From assembly GCA_963665665.1 (NCBI GenBank), contig OY762428.1:704001-768000 (forward strand): 64,000 nt of DNA, written 5' to 3'. Position 1 is the stretch's first letter. Each line of letters starts with the position of its first letter. The position numbers were made by a program, and so were the translations under genes. Shown here piece after piece: positions 58,894 through 64,000 of this stretch. The DNA comes from Candidatus Kapaibacterium sp. (GTDB taxonomy: Bacteria; Bacteroidota; Ignavibacteria; Kapaibacteriales; UBA2268). Under the pieces are notes generated by a model. That model saw only the letters and a program-made list of their open reading frames with translations, made no database searches and was not told the DNA's origin.

Positions 58894-61800
58894 ATTTATT
58901 TTCCGTGTTGGTTGATTGAAACAAAGCATTGAACTCGCCAAGGAGGGTTAAAATGCTTGAGATATTAATTGTATCAGTATAATTTATCAATTGCCCTGCA
59001 AAAAACTTAAGGTCCGTATTCATATTTTTATCAGCAATACCGGTTAACTCATCAGCAAAAGCCCGAATATCATCGATTACGAGTGTTGTCATAATTTGTT
59101 TGATCTTTTGCCTGTATTTTTCTTTCAGTATCTTCATTAATGATTCATCCGCCCTTACAGAATCAAACATTTTACCTCTGTCATCTCCATTATGTGAAAA
59201 TCCCCCGGCAGATAATTCGGAATATTCCAGATATTTTGCTAATTCACTCAAAATATCATCCTTAACAACCGGTTTAGATATAAATCCCTGGCACATATTC
59301 TTTATCTCTTCCACATCATCATCAAGAGAAAAAGCTGTTAAAGCTATTACCGGAATATCGCGGGTTTTGGGGTTTTCCCTTATTTTTTTCGTAGCTTCGG
59401 TACCATTCATTAACGGCATATTTATATCCATCATAATCAATTTCGGATTTTCGTCTCTGGCTTTTTCAACGGCTTCAAGCCCGTTCAAAGCTGTTATCAG
59501 ATTCAAATTATAGAGAGACAAAAACTCAGTCATTATTTTAAGATTCGATTCAATGTCTTCAGCTATAAGAATTTTTTGTCCTTTGAACATAATTTCAGAG
59601 AAATCCATTTCCGGATTTTCCGATTTTTCTAATAGCTTTTTATCAGGGCTCTCGATATTGAACAGCGTTATTGTAAATTTTGATCCATAGCCTAATTTGC
59701 TTTCTACTTTTATATCCCCGCCCATTATGTCAAGCAGCCTTTTGGTTACTGTCAGTCCAAGCCCGGATCCTTCAGGTTTATTTCTCTCGTTGCTTTCTAT
59801 CTGCCTGAAAGCTTCGAAAATATTATCTATTTGTTTCTCTGAAATTCCTTTTCCCGTATCGGTTATTAATATTTTAAAATCAAACAGCCTGGTATTTACT
59901 GATTTCTCTGCTAATATTTCAACAGTTATTCCGCCTGATTGTGTAAATTTAACAGCATTACCAATAATATTGAATAATACCTGCCTAACTCTTTTCTCGT
60001 CAATTAGCAGATAATCCGGGAGACTATCAGAAAACACAACATTGAAGTATAATTTTCTGGCGCTAATTTTAACAGAGAATACTGATTTAAGTTCATCAAT
60101 AAGTTTCCGAATATTCACACTGGAATTAGATACGGAAATTTTTCCTGATTCAATTTTTGAAAGGTCCAATATATCATTAATAAGGGTAAGAAGTTGCTTA
60201 CTGCTTTTATTAATACCGCTGGCATAATCCAGTAGCAGGCTGTCCTTGAGTTTTGCTGCAATAAGTTCCGAGAATCCGATTATTGCATTCATAGGAGTTC
60301 TGATTTCGTGGCTCATGTTAGCAAGGAAAACACTTTTTGCCCTATTAGCTTGTTCAGCTTTTTCCTTTGCTTTCAAAATTCTTCTTTCGTAATCTTTTCT
60401 GAAAATCGCTCCGGCAATAATTTCGCCGCCAATTTTTAAAAGTTGAATTTTTCTGTCTGTCCAGATATTTTGCTTTCTTACACTGTCGAACCCAATATAA
60501 CCAAGTAAAACGTTTTCATAATATAAAGGAATAACCAGCAGGCTTTTAATATCCTGATACTCCAGAACTTCTTTTTCGAAGGGAGCAATATCTTGCAACT
60601 CTTCCAGATCGTAAATATAAATATATTCTTTCCTGATCATTTTTCCCATCCACCAGGGATATTCAATTGTTGGTATATTCTGAAGATCATCAATAAATGA
60701 CTCTATTCCTTCAGAACACCACTCATAAGAATTATTCATTAACGAAAGATCAGTATTGAAAGAAAAGATATAGCATCTGTCAACTTTAGAATATTTGCCG
60801 AGCATTTCAAGAGAAAGAGTTATCGACTTATCGAGAATATCAGTCGGTGACTGTGCAAGCATCGAGGAAATTTCGGTTATAAGGTTATTCAACCTGCTTA
60901 ATTGATCAAGCTCAATTTCAATTTTTTTTCTTGAAGTTATATCGGTAATAGTACCGGTAGTTCCGATAACATTGCCTTCTTCAGAAAAAATTGCCTTAGC
61001 GTTTAGATCAGCATATTTTATACTTCCGTCATTAGCTTTAAAAGAAATTTCAATAAAACAACTTTCTTCTTTGGTATTGATAATTGACATCAGGCCTTCT
61101 TTCAGCAAATCCCTGTATTCATTATCCACTATTTCCCATATTTCAATTCCAATACTATCTTCAATCCTATGCCCGGATAATTCCGTCCATGCAGGATTAA
61201 GAAATGTACAAAGGCCTGTTATATTAGTAGTAAACAACACCTCTTTAATATTATTTACTACCGAACGATACTTTTCTTCAGATTTTTGGAGAGCTTCTTC
61301 GAATAATTTCCTGGATGTAATATCTGTCAGTATCGACATGTGGCGGCTGTCTTCTTCTTTTTCCCCCGGTATTGGAGTTCCGATTACGGAAAAAGTTTTC
61401 ATTTCACCTTTTGCTGTTTTAAAATCAATTTCATAAGGCGGAATATCGTCTCCTTCCCATCTTCTTCGGAAATTCTCGATCATTTTGCCCCTGTCCACTT
61501 CATTAACAAAATCAATATCAGTGAAACTTTTTCCAATCCACAAATCTAAAGAATATCCAAGGTTCTGCTGGATTTGGCGGTTCGCTTCAAGTAATTTACC
61601 CTGCCTGTCAAAAATTAATATTCCTGCCGGAGACAGCTCAAAAATCCTCCTGTATTTTTCTTCTGAACGTTGAATCAATATTTCAGATTTCTTTTTATCG
61701 GTAATATCTTTAACTATACCGTAGATAAAAGATTTATTTCCAATATCAATAGCGGTTAAAGAAATATCACACCAAAACTCATCCCCTTCAGAGTCCTTAT

Positions 61801-62470
61801 GCACCCATTCGAATCTTGTTGAGCCATTTTTCAGGCTGGCAATGATTTTTTTATAAAACATCTCTTCTGAGACACTGCCGTCAGGTTGTTTGTAAGGGGA
61901 AAAGAACCCGGATTTTCTATTTAGAAAATCTTCTTTTTCATTCAGCCGGAATTTTCTCAGTGCAGTATTATTACAATCCACAAACTTATTATTATGAATG
62001 ATATAGAATATTTCATCAGATTCATAAAACAGTTTTCTGAATTTTTCCTCACTTTCTCTTAAAGCTCTTTCTATTGATAGCTTCTCATTAATATCTTTGG
62101 AAATGGCATAAAATATTTTCCTGTCAGATTTGAAAGCTGAAGTCAATTTGGTTTCAGCCGGGTATGGTTCCCCGTCAGATTTGAATAGTGGAAGTGTAAG
62201 TATAATATGCGAATCATCACCAATATTTTTAATATATGAGTATATGAAGTTCCGGTCGGAACGGGAAAAAAGCTCGGAAAAATGTTTTCCTGCCAAATCG
62301 TCGGAGCTATACCCGAGTTTATCTGTGGTAAAATCATTGATTTTTAATATGATTCCGTTTTCATCAAGAATAAACAGACAATCATTCATTAAGTTTGTCA
62401 ATTTAATAAAATTATTTTCACACTCGGGGTTGAATAAAGTTTGAAGCCTGTGTTTGGGATTTGTTGCCAT
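58880..62470 (-). CDS. Multi-PAS/GAF hybrid histidine kinase
   Basis: Four PAS domains, GAF (NSYEWC..GI), [10 protein letters not shown], HATPase, REC. Confidence 0.92.
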   Translation of the reverse strand: MATNPKHRLQTLFNPECENNFIKLTNLMNDCLFILDENGIILKINDFTTDKLGYSSDDLAGKHFSELFSRSDRNFIYSYIKNIGDDSHIILTLPLFKSDGEPYPAETKLTSAFKSDRKIFYAISKDINEKLSIERALRESEEKFRKLFYESDEIFYIIHNNKFVDCNNTALRKFRLNEKEDFLNRKSGFFSPYKQPDGSVSEEMFYKKIIASLKNGSTRFEWVHKDSEGDEFWCDISLTAIDIGNKSFIYGIVKDITDKKKSEILIQRSEEKYRRIFELSPAGILIFDRQGKLLEANRQIQQNLGYSLDLWIGKSFTDIDFVNEVDRGKMIENFRRRWEGDDIPPYEIDFKTAKGEMKTFSVIGTPIPGEKEEDSRHMSILTDITSRKLFEEALQKSEEKYRSVVNNIKEVLFTTNITGLCTFLNPAWTELSGHRIEDSIGIEIWEIVDNEYRDLLKEGLMSIINTKEESCFIEISFKANDGSIKYADLNAKAIFSEEGNVIGTTGTITDITSRKKIEIELDQLSRLNNLITEISSMLAQSPTDILDKSITLSLEMLGKYSKVDRCYIFSFNTDLSLMNNSYEWCSEGIESFIDDLQNIPTIEYPWWMGKMIRKEYIYIYDLEELQDIAPFEKEVLEYQDIKSLLVIPLYYENVLLGYIGFDSVRKQNIWTDRKIQLLKIGGEIIAGAIFRKDYERRILKAKEKAEQANRAKSVFLANMSHEIRTPMNAIIGFSELIAAKLKDSLLLDYASGINKSSKQLLTLINDILDLSKIESGKISVSNSSVNIRKLIDELKSVFSVKISARKLYFNVVFSDSLPDYLLIDEKRVRQVLFNIIGNAVKFTQSGGITVEILAEKSVNTRLFDFKILITDTGKGISEKQIDNIFEAFRQIESNERNKPEGSGLGLTVTKRLLDIMGGDIKVESKLGYGSKFTITLFNIESPDKKLLEKSENPEMDFSEIMFKGQKILIAEDIESNLKIMTEFLSLYNLNLITALNGLEAVEKARDENPKLIMMDINMPLMNGTEATKKIRENPKTRDIPVIALTAFSLDDDVEEIKNMCQGFISKPVVKDDILSELAKYLEYSELSAGGFSHNGDDRGKMFDSVRADESLMKILKEKYRQKIKQIMTTLVIDDIRAFADELTGIADKNMNTDLKFFAGQLINYTDTINISSILTLLGEFNALFQSTNTENKYEED

Positions 62471-62721
62471 TTTTGCTCATTAAAGTTATTTCTCTTCTTT
62501 AATAAGCTAATAAATAATAATATTTTATCAAAGAATTATCTTATATTTATTGCAATTTCTGGCAACTTTGAACGCTTCAGGGATTATCACTTTGCAAACA
62601 GAGTACTTTATGAGTTTTTGGAGAAAATATTATTGAACCAATAATTTAGTGAAGTATTTCGAAATTATTCGTACATTCAGATAATATTTTTAAGGACGGT
62701 TTAAAATTCCAAAGGCAGATT

Positions 62722-64000
62722 ATGATGAAAATATTAGCTTTATTGTTTTTATTCCAATATTCTTTAACTCTTGGCGGAGACATTTATTTTCCTCCGAACA
62801 ACAGTGAAGAATGGGAGCCACTTTCTCCTGCCGGGCTTGAATGGGATGAAAATGAAATTGACAGTTTATATCATTTCCTTGATAATAAAAACACCAAGGC
62901 ATTTATTCTTTTGAAAGATGGCCGAATTGTACTGGAAAAATATTTTGGCTCATTTGCGTGCGACAGCCTTTGGTATTGGGCTTCGGCGGGGAAAACAGTT
63001 ACTGCGGCACTAATCGGTATCGCACAGGAGGAAGGCTTGCTCGCAATTGATGACTATAGTTCCGATTATCTCGGTAAAGGCTGGACTTCCCTTGATGAGG
63101 AAAAAGAGAACCTTATCACCATCCGGCATCAGTTAACCATGACTACCGGACTTGACGACTCAGTTGATGATTCATACTGCACCGAAAAGGAATGTCTCGT
63201 CTATAAAGCCGATGCCGGAAATCGCTGGGCTTATCACAATGCCCCATATACACTGCTGGACAAAATACTTGAAAATGCAAGCGGGCAGAATTTCAACAAT
63301 TTTTATATAACGAAATTACGTGATAAGACAGGCATGAAAGGTTTGTGGGTTAAAAGCGGTTTCAATAATCTTTGTATTAGTGACGCAAGGTCGATGGCAA
63401 GGTTCGGTATTCTGATTCAAAACAACGGAGACTGGAATGGCAGCCCGATAATATCTGACAAAACATATTTCAATAATATGATAACAACATCTCAGGATAT
63501 AAATCAGGCATACGGATACCTGTGGTGGCTGAATGGTAAAGATTCTTTTATGCTTCCGGGCTTGCAATATAAATTCAAAGATATGCTTTTTCCTGATGCA
63601 CCGGAAGATGTAATTGCCGCACTTGGCAAAAACGGACAGTGCTTGAATATTTCCAACTCAACAGGAATAGTTTTTGTAAGAATGGGTAATTCCCCTGATA
63701 CTTTGCAATTAGCGGCATCACCAAAGTTAAGTAATGAAATCTGGAAATATATTGATAAAATAAGCGGTGGGCTGAATTCTGTTGAAGCATCAAATATTCC
63801 AAATATTGAAATATATCCTCAGCCGGCAACTGACCGGATCAGAATTGAACACAATTTAGATAATAATTTCAGGAATGGGATTGAATATAAGATTTTTGAT
63901 ATTTTAGGAAATAATATCATGTCGGGAATTTGCAAAAATTATATAGACATATCAGCACTTCCATCAAATCTTTATTATTTGTTTATCAAATCCGGTAACA
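62722..64000 (+). CDS. Beta-lactamase-family serine hydrolase with T9SS CTD (3' end runs off the window)
   Basis: Not in the ORF track. Manual translation: MMKILALLFLFQ signal peptide; WYWASAGKT (SxxK), WAYHN, YGYLWW, ALGKNGQ; IYPQPA...IDISALPSNLY. Confidence 0.88.
   Translation, partial: MMKILALLFLFQYSLTLGGDIYFPPNNSEEWEPLSPAGLEWDENEIDSLYHFLDNKNTKAFILLKDGRIVLEKYFGSFACDSLWYWASAGKTVTAALIGIAQEEGLLAIDDYSSDYLGKGWTSLDEEKENLITIRHQLTMTTGLDDSVDDSYCTEKECLVYKADAGNRWAYHNAPYTLLDKILENASGQNFNNFYITKLRDKTGMKGLWVKSGFNNLCISDARSMARFGILIQNNGDWNGSPIISDKTYFNNMITTSQDINQAYGYLWWLNGKDSFMLPGLQYKFKDMLFPDAPEDVIAALGKNGQCLNISNSTGIVFVRMGNSPDTLQLAASPKLSNEIWKYIDKISGGLNSVEASNIPNIEIYPQPATDRIRIEHNLDNNFRNGIEYKIFDILGNNIMSGICKNYIDISALPSNLYYLFIKSGN

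Noticed and set aside
62722-64000. Antibiotic-resistance beta-lactamase (also the MBL-fold gene at 6642..7493)
   Set aside because: Motifs fit broad serine hydrolase and YtnP-like families; the fold alone does not imply resistance.

Overview
AT-rich chromosome segment of an FCB-group bacterium, probably Kapabacteria/Ignavibacteria-like (inferred from several T9SS C-terminal sorting domains, TAnnTTTG promoters and CCA-less tRNAs) with an anaerobic-type 2-oxoacid:ferredoxin oxidoreductase. From 1 to 18.5 kb: M23 peptidase (partial), PAS kinase with a sigma54 regulator, S9 peptidase, MBL-fold hydrolase, a T9SS PKD protein, the vor operon, an orphan solute-binding lipoprotein and purM. At 10.7-12.5 kb lies a mosaic of REP-like palindromes. 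It encloses two head-to-head arrays of a 21-bp unit whose register mirrors about a perfect palindrome, GAACATGTTC. From 18.7 to 42.7 kb is a 23.9-kb integrative element in the 3' end of tRNA-Lys(TTT), with a 20-bp att duplication. Its backbone is minimal and satellite-like: tyrosine integrase, excisionase-type HTH, primase/SF3 helicase and an ori-like palindrome. Its cargo is defence-type: a Type I R-M operon interleaved with HigBA, a class III nucleotidyl-cyclase-like gene, a DUF6946-like nuclease and a TM protein; an HTH/coiled-coil gene with phased repeats; and a NERD helicase plus a DUF3696-type ATPase pair between two identical terminators. From 42.7 to 47 kb: tRNA-Val, frr, pyrH, tsf, rpsB, rpsI, rplM. 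From 47 to 64 kb: T9SS and OmpA-like genes, five two-component signalling genes and a partial T9SS serine hydrolase. No CRISPR array, reverse transcriptase, capsid, terminase or relaxase was recognised. All family assignments come from motifs read by eye, not from database searches.
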